From an uncultured Clostridia bacterium (GTDB lineage: Bacteria; Bacillota; Clostridia; TANB77; CAG-508): a DNA stretch of 46,207 nt. Under the pieces are notes generated by a model. The model was not told the origin of the DNA. It did not search any database and saw nothing but the letters and a program-made list of their open reading frames with translations. Position 1 is the stretch's first letter, and each line of letters opens with the position of its first letter. Where the stretch lies: the NCBI GenBank assembly GCA_963558405.1, contig CAUWGC010000014.1:1-46207 (forward strand), in the 5' to 3' direction. Below are positions 1 to 12,149 of this stretch, one piece after another. Both the position numbers and the translations under genes were made by a program.

Positions 1-96
1 TTTTTGATAAAAGTATTTTTTATGTTAACATTATTGTAATATCTGTTTTTTTATGCTATAATTGGATTTGAAAGTTTTAACAAAGGAGGATTTTTT

Positions 97-240
97 ATGA
101 AAAATAAAAACGCCGTAAATTTTGAAGAAGAAAACCTAGAATTTAATTTAGACAAAGATTTAAAAAACCTTTCTATAGAAGAATTAGAAAAGTGTGAAGA
201 ATTATTACATGTTATTGAAAAAATAGTTGAAGAAAATTAA
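97..240 (+). CDS. Small acidic hypothetical protein, 47 aa (MKNKNAVNFEEENLEF...KIVEEN); not in ORF track
   Basis: RBS AAAGGAGGA before ATG at 97; open to TAA at 238-240, which abuts the RBS of the next gene. Confidence 0.65.
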   Translation: MKNKNAVNFEEENLEFNLDKDLKNLSIEELEKCEELLHVIEKIVEEN

Positions 241-255
241 AAGGAGGAATAAAAC

Positions 256-1269
256 ATGAAACAGAAAAATCCTATACAAAAATCTAATACAAAAATTTCT
301 AAATTACGTGAAAAACTAATAACTTTAAGAGATAAATTGCAAAATGCTCCAAAAAAATCTTTATTTAAACCACTTTATCGTATTCGTATCCAAAGAATTG
401 CTAATGCCATTCAAATTGAAAAAGAGCTTATTCAATTGGAAGAAATGTATGAAAGCGCATATAACACCAAGTATAATGAATATCTGACTTCATATAAAGA
501 CATTACATCTAGAATTTCTGAATCTTTATATCAAGAAGATGAAATGTTATCTGAAATACAAAATTTAAAATATACACTTCCTGGAAATGAAAATTCTTAT
601 TTTCAAGATTTTGATCTTCAAAATAGTCAATTATTAAAACAAATTCCAAAACAATATAGATCTGCAATTGATAATAAACAAAATGTTGAAATTAATACTC
701 AAGATTTTAGTAAATCAAATCCTAAACTTTTTGAAGCTCAGCAAAGACTTGCTTTACTTAATAAACAATTAGAATCTATCCGTATAGATCGTGCTAACGA
801 TGAAGATAATCTTAGAAATTTACAAGAAAATTTCAAAGAAGAGTTAAAAAATTTAAAATCCTATAAAAAACAAGATATGTCATTAATTAAACCTAATTTA
901 TGGCATAAAATAAAAAATGCTATTTCTAAATTTGCAGAAGATCAAAAAAATAAAAGAGATTTAAAAAGAAGAGAACGTGAAGAACTAAAAGCTAAAAAAG
1001 AAGCTAAAAATAAAGAAAAAGATAATTCTGCAATTTTGATTGCAGATAAAGCAATTGGAGAAAAGTCAGAAAAAGCATCTAAATTTGAAGAAAAATTAAA
1101 AACTGATATTCCTGAAAAAGAACAAGAAATAGATTCACAACAACAATCAACATTAGATTTTGAAAATGATTTTATTCCAACAGAAGAATTATATGGTTAT
1201 TTTAATAATTCAAACAATTCTCATCCTCAAGATCAACATCAAGATAAAGATGATGATTTAGTCTTATAA
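256..1269 (+). CDS. Hypothetical coiled-coil, K/E/Q-rich protein (337 aa)
   Basis: Long ORF with AAGGAGG RBS; no recognisable motif. Confidence 0.75.
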   Translation: MKQKNPIQKSNTKISKLREKLITLRDKLQNAPKKSLFKPLYRIRIQRIANAIQIEKELIQLEEMYESAYNTKYNEYLTSYKDITSRISESLYQEDEMLSEIQNLKYTLPGNENSYFQDFDLQNSQLLKQIPKQYRSAIDNKQNVEINTQDFSKSNPKLFEAQQRLALLNKQLESIRIDRANDEDNLRNLQENFKEELKNLKSYKKQDMSLIKPNLWHKIKNAISKFAEDQKNKRDLKRREREELKAKKEAKNKEKDNSAILIADKAIGEKSEKASKFEEKLKTDIPEKEQEIDSQQQSTLDFENDFIPTEELYGYFNNSNNSHPQDQHQDKDDDLVL

Positions 1270-1290
1270 TATAAAAAATAAAGCAGTTTG

Positions 1291-2583
1291 CTAAAACTGC
1301 TTTATTTTTTTTATACTTCTTTCCGCCAATTTCTCATACCTTATTTTTTTATCTCTTATTTTTTCTTCTAATTCTGGTAATATTCCAAAGTTTGCATTCA
1401 TTGGTTGGAATTTTTCGTTTGGAGTAGAAATATAATTTGCTAAACTTCCAATTACGGTTTCTTTTGGAAAACTTATTAATTCTTCATCATTATAATATTT
1501 AACAGCATTTATTCCTGCTACCAATCCAGAAGATATGGATTCTACATATCCTTCTACACCTGTTATTTGACCTGCGAAAAAGATATTAGGATTTTTTATT
1601 AATTGATAACTAGAATTTAGATGTTTTGTAGATTGAATATATGTATTTCTATGCATTACACCATATTTTACAAACTCTGCATTTTTTAATCCTGGTATCA
1701 TTGAAAAAACTCTTTTTTGTTCTCCAAATTTTAAATTTGTTTGGAAACCTACCATATTATATAAATTTCCTGTGCTATTATCTTGTCTTAACTGTACTAT
1801 AGCATATGGTCTATCTCCTGTTCTTGGGTCTGTAAATCCAACTGGTTTTAAAGGACCAAAACGTAATGTATCCATTCCTCTTTTAGCCATAATCTCTATT
1901 GGCATACATCCTTCAAAAATTTCTCTTTTCTCAAAATCATGTAATGTTACTACTTCTGCATTTATAAGTTCTTTAACAAATGCTTCATATTCTTCTTTAT
2001 TCATTGGTAAATTAATATAACAAGCTTCTCCTTTTCCATAACGGTCTCCATAAAAAGCAACTGAAAAATCAATACTATCTTTTTCTATAATAGGTGCTGC
2101 TGCATCATAAAAATATAGTTGATTTTCTCCCAAAAGATTAACAATATCATTTGTTAAATTCTCAGATGTAAGAGGACCTGTTGCAATAATTACTATACTG
2201 TCTTCTGGAATTTTAGTTATTTCTTCTCTAATAATTTCAATGTTGGGATTTTCTTCTATTCTTTTAGTTACATTTTCAGAAAAAATTTCCCTATCTACCG
2301 CTAAAGCTTGCCCTGCTGGGACAGATGTTTCATCTGCTGTTTTTATTAATAAAGAATCTAACATTCTTAATTCTTCTTTTAGTAATCCGCAAGCATTTGT
2401 AATACTATTAGATTTAAAAGAGTTGCTACATACTATTTCTGCTAAATTATTATTAGAATGTGCAGGTGAATATTTATTAGGCTTCATCTCGTATAATTTT
2501 ACTTTTATTCCTCTTTTAGCTATTTGATAAGTCGCTTCTGTTCCCGCTAATCCTCCACCTATTACTGTTATATATTTTTTCAT
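1291..2583 (-). CDS. trmFO: Folate/FAD-dependent tRNA m5U54 methyltransferase TrmFO
   Basis: [14 protein letters not shown] motif; [40 protein letters not shown]. Confidence 0.95.
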   Translation of the reverse strand: MKKYITVIGGGLAGTEATYQIAKRGIKVKLYEMKPNKYSPAHSNNNLAEIVCSNSFKSNSITNACGLLKEELRMLDSLLIKTADETSVPAGQALAVDREIFSENVTKRIEENPNIEIIREEITKIPEDSIVIIATGPLTSENLTNDIVNLLGENQLYFYDAAAPIIEKDSIDFSVAFYGDRYGKGEACYINLPMNKEEYEAFVKELINAEVVTLHDFEKREIFEGCMPIEIMAKRGMDTLRFGPLKPVGFTDPRTGDRPYAIVQLRQDNSTGNLYNMVGFQTNLKFGEQKRVFSMIPGLKNAEFVKYGVMHRNTYIQSTKHLNSSYQLIKNPNIFFAGQITGVEGYVESISSGLVAGINAVKYYNDEELISFPKETVIGSLANYISTPNEKFQPMNANFGILPELEEKIRDKKIRYEKLAERSIKKIKQF

Positions 2584-2607
2584 ATACCCTCCATATTTAT
2601 TTTAAAT

Positions 2608-5600
2608 TTAGTCAAATAAATGCATTATTTCTTCTTTACTTAATTTGTTAATAAATGTAGTTTTAGTATCTAGCATTGTATCTACTAATTTTGCTTTTCG
2701 TTCTTGAAGTTCATATATTTTTTCTTCTATAGAGTTTTTAGTTATTAATTTATATACTTGTACATTATTTTTTTGTCCAATACGATAAGCACGATCTGTT
2801 GCTTGATTTTCAGCTGATAAATTCCACCAAGGATCATAATGAATTACCATATCTGCTCCAGTTAAATTTAATCCTGTTCCACCAGCTTTTAATGATATAA
2901 GAAAAACTTTAATATCTGGATTTGTATTAAATTCATCTACTAAATGTATACGTTCTGATACTTCTGTTTGACCAGTTAATTTATAATAATTAACTCCTTC
3001 TTTTTTTAGTTCTTTTTCAAGAATAGAAAACATTGATGTATAACCAGAAAATATAAGCATTTTATGATTGCTCCTAATTCCATCCTTAACAATTTCTATA
3101 CATTGATTAAGTTTACTACTATTTCCATTATAGTTTTCAAGAAATAAACTTGGATGGCAACAAATTTGTCTTAGTCTAGTTAACAAAGCTAATATTTTGA
3201 TTTGACTTTTTTGAATTCCATTAATTTTTATTTCTTCTAACATAGATTGCTTACTTTGTGCAAGATATGATAAATAAATTTTTTCTTGTTCTTCTTCCAT
3301 TTCATTATAAAGAACTGTTATTGTTTTATCTGGAAGTTCTGTTAAAACTTCTTTTTTATTTCTTCTTAGTATAAATGGCTCTATAAGCATTTTTAATTTT
3401 TTCATTGCTGATTCATTTTCTTCTTTTATAATTGGAATTTCAAATATTTCTTTAAATTTTTTATAACTAAATAAATATCCTGGTAGTAAAAAGTCAAATA
3501 TTGACCATAGTTCTGCAAGTGAATTTTCTATAGGAGTTCCTGTTAAAGCATACTTTGTTTTTGCTTTTATTTTTTTTATTGCTTTTGCATTTTGTGTGTT
3601 ACTATTTTTTATATACTGAGCTTCATCAGCAATAATATATTGAAAATTATATTGATATTCCTCGTATTTGTCTATGTCACGTTTTAATAAATCATATGAA
3701 GTAATTATTAAATCATATTTTGGAATATTTTTTATACAATTTTCTCTTTCAAATGCGGAGCCACTAATTACCATACATTTTATATCTTTTGCAAATTTTT
3801 CCGCTTCTTTTTTCCAGTTTAAAGAAAGAGAACTTGGACAAACAACAATACATGGTTTTCTATCATCTTTTTTTGTTTCATTTAAATATGATAGTACAAC
3901 TGAAAGCATTTGCAAAGTTTTTCCGAAGTCCCATGTCATCTGCTAAAATTCCACCTAAATTGTAGTTATCTAATGTTTTAAGCCATTGAAATCCTATTTT
4001 TTGATAATATCTTAATACATTTTCTAATTCTTCTGGCACTACGCAGTTAGCTTCTAGTTCTCTATTTTTTACTTTTTTAGTTATTTCTTTAAATTTTTCT
4101 TCTTTTTGTACTTCTATATTTTTCATAGAATTTAAAATATTATCTAAATATAAACTACGATAAACAGGAAGATGTAATTCACCTTTTTCTAATTGTTTAT
4201 CATCTATTCCTATTCCCGATGTAATATTATCTAAAAAGTCTATTGCATCATTTTCTTCTAGACTTAAAAAACTTCCATCTTTTAAACGATGATATTTTTT
4301 ACGTAATCTGTATTTTTTTAAGATTTCTTGTAACTCTTCTTTTTCAAAATTCATATTTCCTAAATTAATATCCAATAAATTATTTTCAACACGTACTCCT
4401 ATTGTCTCTAATTTAGGTAATTTTATCTCTTTTTGCTTGAATTTATCTGTTACCATAACCTCAAATTCTTGCATATAATATTCAATTTCTTCTGAAAGAA
4501 AATTATAAATTTTTTCTTCATTTACCAAAATAAATCTTGCATTTTTTTGGTCTAATAAAAACCCTGTATTTTGAAAAACATTTGTTACTTCATCTTCTTT
4601 TACCATATCTCTTGGTTCATCTATTTTTTGATTTATTGGATTAAATTCCTTATCCCCATAGCAAAATTTTACTTCTGCTGTCATATAATCATTTTCATCA
4701 AAATCTAAAAATAGTTTAACAGCTAATTCTTTTGGCATGTATTTTTGTACTTCTAATGGATTTAGTTTTTCTATATTTATATTCTTTTTTACTTTTGGTA
4801 ATATAACAGAGAAAAAAGATGTAAGTTCTTGTTTTTGAAAAATCATTTCTTCTGTAAAATTTTTTCTAAATAGTTCTAACATTTTTAATGTACTGTCTGA
4901 AAATTCTTTTGTACATCTATATAATTTATTTTTATATAAAAAATATCTATATTTTTTTCCATCTAAAATATGATATTGAAATACTTCTATATTAGGAATA
5001 ATACGATATTCTTTATCATTTACCTTTTCTACCTTAAATTCTATTTCTGGATTTTGTTCAACAAAAAGTACATCATCTTCTGAATATTCATCTTGAAATA
5101 ATACATATTTTTCTTTTAAAATTTCAAATATCTCATCTATTCCATCTTTTGTAAGAATTAAAGTTCCCGGATTCATAGGTTTTGGTCCATAATAAGATGA
5201 TGAAATATGTGTATTTACATAGTTCATTAATTCTGCATATTTTAAAATAAACTCTGCTATTTGCTTACTTTCCTCTGTAAACATATCTATATTATGAACT
5301 AAATCTAATTTTGCTCCATAATGATATTCTCTTTGTTCTATCATATTATCATAAAACAAGGATAAATCTTTTATTTTATATAATTGCTTTTCACCTATTT
5401 TAAATTCTACTTTTAATTTTTTTTGAAATTTTTCTAATATAAATTTAGGTTCAATTCGTATAGTATTCTTTTCTTGCTTTTTCTCTAATTTATTATTTTT
5501 TATATTCTCTTGATTAGGGTAAAATGTTGTTAATAATTGTTTAAAAAGTCTGTATTCTTCTTTATGTAATTCCATAGTTATGTTTTCTTTAGATTTTTCT

Positions 5601-5932
5601 TTTTTATTTTGTTCTATTTTTTCTTGTAAACTTTCTTTTTTAGAAAATTCTAGTACCATTGCTAAAATATGCTTACAAGTACCATATGTTGATTCATAAT
5701 CCATGCACTCACAACTAACATCTTGTATTTCACCATTTTCTACAGAAATATATGTTTTATAATCATCACCATGACCTTTTACTAAAGCATGTAAACTAAA
5801 ATTATCGCTATCTTGATAAGTTACTTTTGTTAATGTTACTCTTTTTTGTTTTATATAATCTTCTGCTCTTATTCTTCTTCCAATCCCCGCATCTTCATAT
5901 AATTCTTCTATTATTTCCCTATTTATTAACAT
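2608..5932 (-). CDS. SWIM zinc-finger SNF2 helicase, about 1107 aa, joined by a +1 shift at CGG (extra C at 3925)
   Basis: SWIM CxC...CKH at the N-terminus. GAT GAC ATG GGA CTT c GGA AAA ACT restores Walker A LADDMGLGKT; DEAQ, LTGTPIEN and QATDRAYRIGQ follow in the downstream frame. Confidence 0.9.
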
Positions 5933-6000
5933 ACATAAGCCCCTTTAATTCATAATAGTTAATTATACTATATAATTGTAATTTTTCAAGCAAAATATAA

Positions 6001-6043
6001 AAAATAGAGTAGAAACTTTTTATTAATGTTTCTACTCTATTTT
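6001..6043 (-). terminator. Intrinsic terminator after topA
   Basis: AAAATAGAGTAGAAAC / GTTTCTACTCTATTTT inverted repeat. Confidence 0.75.
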
Positions 6044-6044
6044 T

Positions 6045-8172
6045 TTATTTGCTCTTTTTCCTTGTACTATTTTTTTTAGTTGCTACCTTTTTAGAAGTTG
6101 TTTTCTTTTTTGTAGTTTTCTTAGGTGTCTTCTTTTTTGTTTTATTTTCTATTTCCTCTTTTATTTCAATAGCATCTTTGTTTTCCACATATTTTTCACC
6201 TTTTTTAGGTTTAGTCCATGAAATATAGTCACATGATTCTGGATTATTTTCGCATATGTAAAAGTTTCTTCTTTTTTTAGTTTTTCTTATTTGCACTTTT
6301 GCTCCACATTTTGGACAAGGTTCTTCTATTGTTTCTACCCATGGCTTTGCATTTTTACATTCTGGATATCCAGGGCAAGCTAAAAATTTTCCATATCTTC
6401 CATATTTAATAACCATCATTCTTCCACATTTTTCACATGGTACATCTGATACTTCATATTCTAATTTTACATGTTCTAATTCTTTTTCTACTTTTTCTAT
6501 AGTTTGTTCAAATGGTCCATAAAATTCTTGTATAATCTTTTTCCAGTTTTCTTTGCCTTCTGCAACTTCATCAAATTCTTCTTCTATTTTAGCAGTAAAT
6601 TCTACGTTTATAATATCAGAAAAATTTTCTACTAATAATTTATTTACAATTTTTCCTAAATCTGTTGGTATTAATTGCTTTTGCTCTTTTTCTATATATC
6701 TTCTTTCTAAAATAGTAGTAATTGTAGGTGAATAAGTACTTGGTCTTCCGTATACCTTTTTCCTCTAGTGCTTTTACTAAACTAGCTTCTGTATATCGTG
6801 GTGGTGGTTCTGTAAAACTTTGTTTTGGTTCTAATTTTTCTTCTTTTAATTTTTCTCCAACTTCTAATTCTGGAAGTTTTGTGTCCTCTTCTTCTTTTGC
6901 ATCATCTGTTCCTTCTACATATAAAGTCATAAATCCTTTAAATTTTATATTTTGACCATTAGCTTTAAAATTATAATTTTCTACTTTTATATCTACTGCT
7001 AGTGTATTATAAATAGCTGGTTGCATTTGACTTGCTATAAATCTATTATATATTAGTTTATATAATTTGTATTGATCATTTGTTAAAGAACTTTTTATTT
7101 CATCTGGATTTAAGTCTATATATGTTGGTCTTATTGCTTCGTGTGCATCTTGTGCTCCTTGTTTGGTTTTATAATATCTATTTTCATAATATTCCTGACC
7201 ATAAGTATTTGTAATATATTTTTTTGCAGCTTCTCTTGCTTCTTCTGATATTCTAGTTGAGTCTGTTCTCATGTATGTTATTAAACCAACAGTACCTTTT
7301 CCTTCTACAGATACACCTTCATATAATCCTTGTGCAATAGACATGGTCTTTTTTAAGGTAAATCCTAATTTTCTTGAAGCTTCCTGTTGCATAGTAGAAG
7401 TAGTAAATGGTGGAGCTGGAGTTCTTTTTTTCTCTCCTCTTTTTATTTCTTCTATAATGTATTCTTTTCCTGCTATTTTATTTAAGATTTCATCTACTTC
7501 TTCTTGTTTATGCAATTCTTGTTTTTTTCCATTTTTTCCATAAAATTTAGCAACAAAAGATTTGTTAGTATTTAATTTATTTAATGTAGCATAAATATTC
7601 CAATACTCTTCTGGAATAAATCTTTCTATTTCCTCTTCACGTTCTACAATTAATCTAACAGCAACAGACTGTACTCTACCTGCTGATAATCCTCTTTTAA
7701 CTTTTTTCCATAAAACTGGGCTCATTTTATATCCCACAATTCTATCTAACACACGTCTTGCTTGTTGTGCATCTATCAAGTTTTTATCTAATTTTCTTGG
7801 TTTTTTTATGGAATTTTGGACTGTTTCTTTTGTTATTTCATTAAAAGTAACTCTGCTATTTTCTTCTTCTGGTATTTCTAATAAATGAGCTAAGTGCCAT
7901 GCTATAGCTTCTCCTTCACGATCAGGGTCAGTTGCTAGGTAAACTTGTTTAGCTTTTTTAGCTTCTGTTTTTAAAGATTTTATAAGAGTTGCCTTTCCAC
8001 GAATATTAATATACTCTGGCTCAAAATTATTTTCTATATCTATTCCCATTTTAGATTTTGGTAAATCTCTAATATGCCCCATAGAAGCTAATACTTTTGT
8101 TTTATTTCCTAAAAATTTTTTTATAGTATTTGCTTTTGCTGGAGATTCCACAATAATCAATTTATCAGCCAT
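6045..8172 (-). CDS. topA: DNA topoisomerase I, about 708 aa, joined by a +1 shift at CGG (extra C at 6750)
   Basis: TOPRIM IVESPAK and DPDREGE, ITYMRTDS. GGT ATA c GGA AGA CCA AGT ACT TAT restores GIGRPSTY; the new frame is open through the C4 zinc ribbons to 6045. Confidence 0.93.
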
Positions 8173-8292
8173 ATTTTTATCCTTTCTTTGTTTCTTATCT
8201 ATTTTAGTATTCTAGACTATATTTTGATATTTTGCAAGTATCTTGATAGATAAAAAGAAAATTATCCTATTTTCATAAGATAATTTTTCTTT

Positions 8293-8602
8293 TTAACCTT
8301 TATATCTTAAATCTTCTAATATTTCGTCTAATCCAATACTTGTTACTTTATTAGTTTTTAACAATTTTAATAAATCTTCTGCTGTATATTTGATATCAGA
8401 TAAGTCAGTTACTAAATTAGATGTAATTATAATATTTGATCCTTTATATTTTTTAGTTATTACTTCAACTCCGTAAAAATGGTTCTTCTTCCTCAATTCC
8501 CTGTGTTTTATAGTATTCCACCTTTATCTTGTCAATATCATTTGAAATTAGGTCACATGAATCTACTATAGCTTCTCCAAAATACTCCTTTTTGCTTTTC
8601 AT
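8293..8602 (-). CDS. Small protein, about 102 aa (DUF6514-like), joined by a +1 shift at CGG (8471-8473)
   Basis: RBS AAGGAG and ATG at 8602 (MKSKKEYFGE...KVEYYKT); TTT TTA c GGA GTT GAA joins the GVEVITKK...LDEILEDL frame. Family assignment is from recall. Confidence 0.7.
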
Positions 8603-8708
8603 AATTAACTCCTTTACTTTTGTTATTTCACGTGATTTTAACTATATACTTCTTTTACTTGGAAAGCAATAGTTTATTTATAAAAAGCAAAGGAAAATTA
8701 TTGGTTTT

Positions 8709-8845
8709 TTCGACATTTTTCGTCTTTTGTAGTTTATTTTCTACTTTTAAAAAAATTTTTAGTCATTTTTCAATTATTTATCTCTTTTTTCATTCTTTCA
8801 TTTCTAACACATTTTTAATTATTATTTATAGTATAATTTGTCGAA
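8709..8845. promoter_or_regulatory. Two candidate Spo0A boxes (TGTCGAA)
   Basis: TTCGACA at 8709-8715 (minus strand) and TGTCGAA at 8839-8845 in the intergenic region; both match TGNCGAA. Confidence 0.45.
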
Positions 8846-8858
8846 AAAAGGCACAATT

Positions 8859-9993
8859 TTAAATTGTACCTTTTTCATCTTTTATAGTCATTTTTATCTG
8901 TTTATATATTTCATCCTCAACTCTGTTTACAGAAATACTATTAGCCATTTTTCCCATTTTATTTAATATATCATCATCATATATTATTTCTTCTATATTT
9001 TTTTGTAATGTATCAGTTGTCAAATCTTTGTCTAAAATCATCCTTGCTGCTCCTACATTTACTAATACTTTTGCATTATATTCCTGATGATTTTCTGCTG
9101 CGTTTGGAAATGGTATAAAAATTGCTGGTTTTCCTACAATAGAAATTTCTGTAATTGTCATTGCACCACTTCTTGCAATAATTAAATCTACCATATTAAG
9201 AATTTCTGACATATTATACACATATGGTAATATTTTAACATTCTCCAGTGAATCTATTAAATATCCTTCTTTTTCTATTTCTTGTTTTATATTTTCATAG
9301 CCAGAATGTCCTGTAGCCCATATAATTTGATAATCTTTATTTCTTTTTTCTTTAATAAGCTTTAAAAGACTTTCATTAATACTTCTTGCTCCTTGACTTC
9401 CTCCCACTACAAATACTGTTTTTTTATCTTTACTTAATCCCAATTCATTTTTTATTTTTTCTTTTTCTTCGCAAGATAAGTTCATTTTTATTACCTTAGT
9501 TGGAGTTCCAGTTACTACTACTTTTTTTGCTTTTGGTAATCTTTTTTTAGCATCTTCAAAACCAACTAAAATAGCATTTGCTTTTGAAGATAACATTTTA
9601 ACAGTCATTCCAGGAAATGCATTACTTTCATGAAGTATTAAAGGAATTTTATATTTTTTTGCAGCTAATCCCATTGGTCCAGAAATATATCCTCCTGTTC
9701 CAATAATAACATCTGGCTTAAATTCTTTTACAATCTTTTTTGCTTGATTAATTCCGAATAATTGTCTTATAAATTCTTTTTATATTTTTAAATGTAAATT
9801 CTCTACTAATTCCATATGCTTCAATTTTTTTTAATTCATATCCTGCTCTTGGAACTAAATCATTTTCTAACCCCCTATCTGTTCCAACAAAAATAATTTT
9901 AGAATCTGGTTCTTCTTTTTTTATTTTATTTGCAATTGCAATTCCAGGAGTTATATGTCCACCTGTTCCAGCTGCAGCAATAATTGCCTTCAT
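8859..9993 (-). CDS. murG: MurG GlcNAc transferase, about 377 aa, joined by a +1 shift at CGG (extra C at 9756)
   Basis: AGTGGHITPG. ATT ATT c GGA ATT AAT CAA GCA continues to KPDVIIGTGGYISGP, HESN, GGSQGA, ARSGA and HQEYNA. Confidence 0.93.
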
Positions 9994-10004
9994 ATGTTTC
10001 CTCC

Positions 10005-11119
10005 TTATACTTTATTAGTTGCTCTAGAAATATTTAATAACACTCCCATACCGACACATCAAAATTAATAATGCTGTTCCACCGGTAACTAAAGAATGGC
10101 AATGGCATTCCTGTTACTGGCATAGAAGATGTAACAACTGCAATATTAATAATAACTTGAATTCCTACTAATACTGTTATACCAATTGCTATTAAGCTTC
10201 CAAACATATCAGGAGCTTTCATTGCTGTTACAATCCCTCTCCATATAAGTATTGCAAAAAGAACTAGTACAACAGCACAACCAATAAATCCTAATTCTTC
10301 TGCCAAAATTGAAAAAATAAAGTCATTTTGAGGCTCTGATACATATAAATATTTTTGCTTACTTTCTCCTAATCCTGCTCCAAATAATCCTCCAGATCCA
10401 ATTGCGTAAAGACTTTGTATCACCTGCCATCCTTCATCTTGTGCATATTTCCATGGATCTAAAAAGCTCATTACACGGTCAACACGATATTGATCTTTTA
10501 ACGCAACAAATATAATTGCAGGTATTGCAGGTATTGCAGAAAGTAAAAAGTGTTTCATTTTACAACCTGCCATTAGCATCATAACACAGGTAATTGCCAT
10601 CATAATAATACATGCACTAAAATGTGGTTCCAATATTAAAAGTCCTAAAATTGGAACTAAAAATATTAAACTGTATAAAAAGCCTTTTCCAAATTTTCCT
10701 AAATCTTCTCTATGGTCAGACAAAAATCCTGCATAAAACATTATTAACAAAATTTTTACCATTTCTGATGGTTGAAAACGTATTCCTATTCTAAGCCATC
10801 TTTTTGCACCACCAGAACTACTTCCCATAATAAGTACTAGTGCTAATAGTACAACTGCAACTATATAACCTAATTTGTAATATTTTTTATAAAATCTATA
10901 ATCTATTTTTGAAATAATAAACATTAAAGCAATTCCTATTGCTCCATATGTTGCTTGACTAATTGCATATGTATAACTACTATCTCCTTCAGCTAGCGCA
11001 GATGGAGATGATGCTGATAATACCATAACAATTCCTAATGCTAATAACACTAATACTGTTATACAAATTGTAAAATCAAATGGTTTATTAGCAAACTTTG
11101 ATACTTTCTTTTTTACCAT
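10005..11119 (-). CDS. ftsW: SEDS glycosyltransferase FtsW/SpoVE, about 370 aa, with two +1 shifts at CGG (extra C at 10084 and 10053)
   Basis: FQPSE, NDFIFSILAEELG; lies between mraY and murG. Two skips give PFFSYGGTALLILMCGMGVLLNISRATNKV*. Confidence 0.88.
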
Positions 11120-11155
11120 ATTACCTCCTTTGTTCTTATATTATTAATATTTCGC

Positions 11156-12133
11156 TTATACTGCTAATATTCCAATAATACAAAAAACTAAAGTAATAAA
11201 AGTAAATACTGAAACAATTTTATTTTCATTCCATCCACTTAATTCAAAATGATGATGAATTGGTGCCATTTTAAATATTCTTTTTTTAGTTTTTTTATAA
11301 TATGATACCTGAATAATATCTGATATTGTTTCAATAATAGGAATAATAGCTATAATTAACAATAATAAAGGCATTTTTAAATATAAAGATAAACCTGCTA
11401 CAATTCCTCCTAATAGTAAAGAACCGGTATCTCCCATAAATACTTTTGCAGGGTGTAAATTAAAAATTAAAAATGCAAGACATGTTCCCACCATGATACT
11501 TCCAAAAATACCAACTTCTTCTATATTTCTTCCAATGCCTATTATAGATAATGTTGTTAAAATAATTGCTGTTACAGAACTACTTAATCCATCAATTCCA
11601 TCTGTTAAATTAATTGCATTTGTAGTAGCAAGCATTACTAATACTGCAAAAGGAATATAAAGCAAAATTGGAATTGTAATATATGTTTTTAAAAAAGGTA
11701 TATATGTTTCTGTTCCTATTTTGGCAATGTTAGTAAGATATAGTGCAAATGCCACTGCTACTATTAAAAGTCCTATCATTTTATATGATGGTTTTAATCC
11801 TTTTGTATTTTTTAAAACTAATTTTATATAATCATCAATAAATCCAACTGTTCCAAAACCAATTGTTACAAACAAAAATGGTAATAATTTATAAAATATA
11901 TCTATATTTTTTTTGCTAAAATAAAAATAACTTAATATAGTAATTATAACAGCTCCACATGCCATTATAATTCCTCCCATAGTTGGAGTTCCTTGCTTTG
12001 ATAGATGGGTTTTAGGTCCATCATCTCTTACCATTTGCCCTACTTTTAATTTTTTTAATATTGGCAATATAATAATTGCACATAATACTGTTACTATAAA
12101 AGATAATAACAGCACCGTTATATACATTTGCAT
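11156..12133 (-). CDS. mraY: Phospho-MurNAc-pentapeptide transferase
   Basis: KQGTPTMGG, NAINLTDGIDG, VFMGDTGS, MAPIHHHFE. Confidence 0.96.
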   Translation of the reverse strand: MQMYITVLLLSFIVTVLCAIIILPILKKLKVGQMVRDDGPKTHLSKQGTPTMGGIIMACGAVIITILSYFYFSKKNIDIFYKLLPFLFVTIGFGTVGFIDDYIKLVLKNTKGLKPSYKMIGLLIVAVAFALYLTNIAKIGTETYIPFLKTYITIPILLYIPFAVLVMLATTNAINLTDGIDGLSSSVTAIILTTLSIIGIGRNIEEVGIFGSIMVGTCLAFLIFNLHPAKVFMGDTGSLLLGGIVAGLSLYLKMPLLLLIIAIIPIIETISDIIQVSYYKKTKKRIFKMAPIHHHFELSGWNENKIVSVFTFITLVFCIIGILAV

Positions 12134-12149
12134 ATTTTTTCACCCTTTG

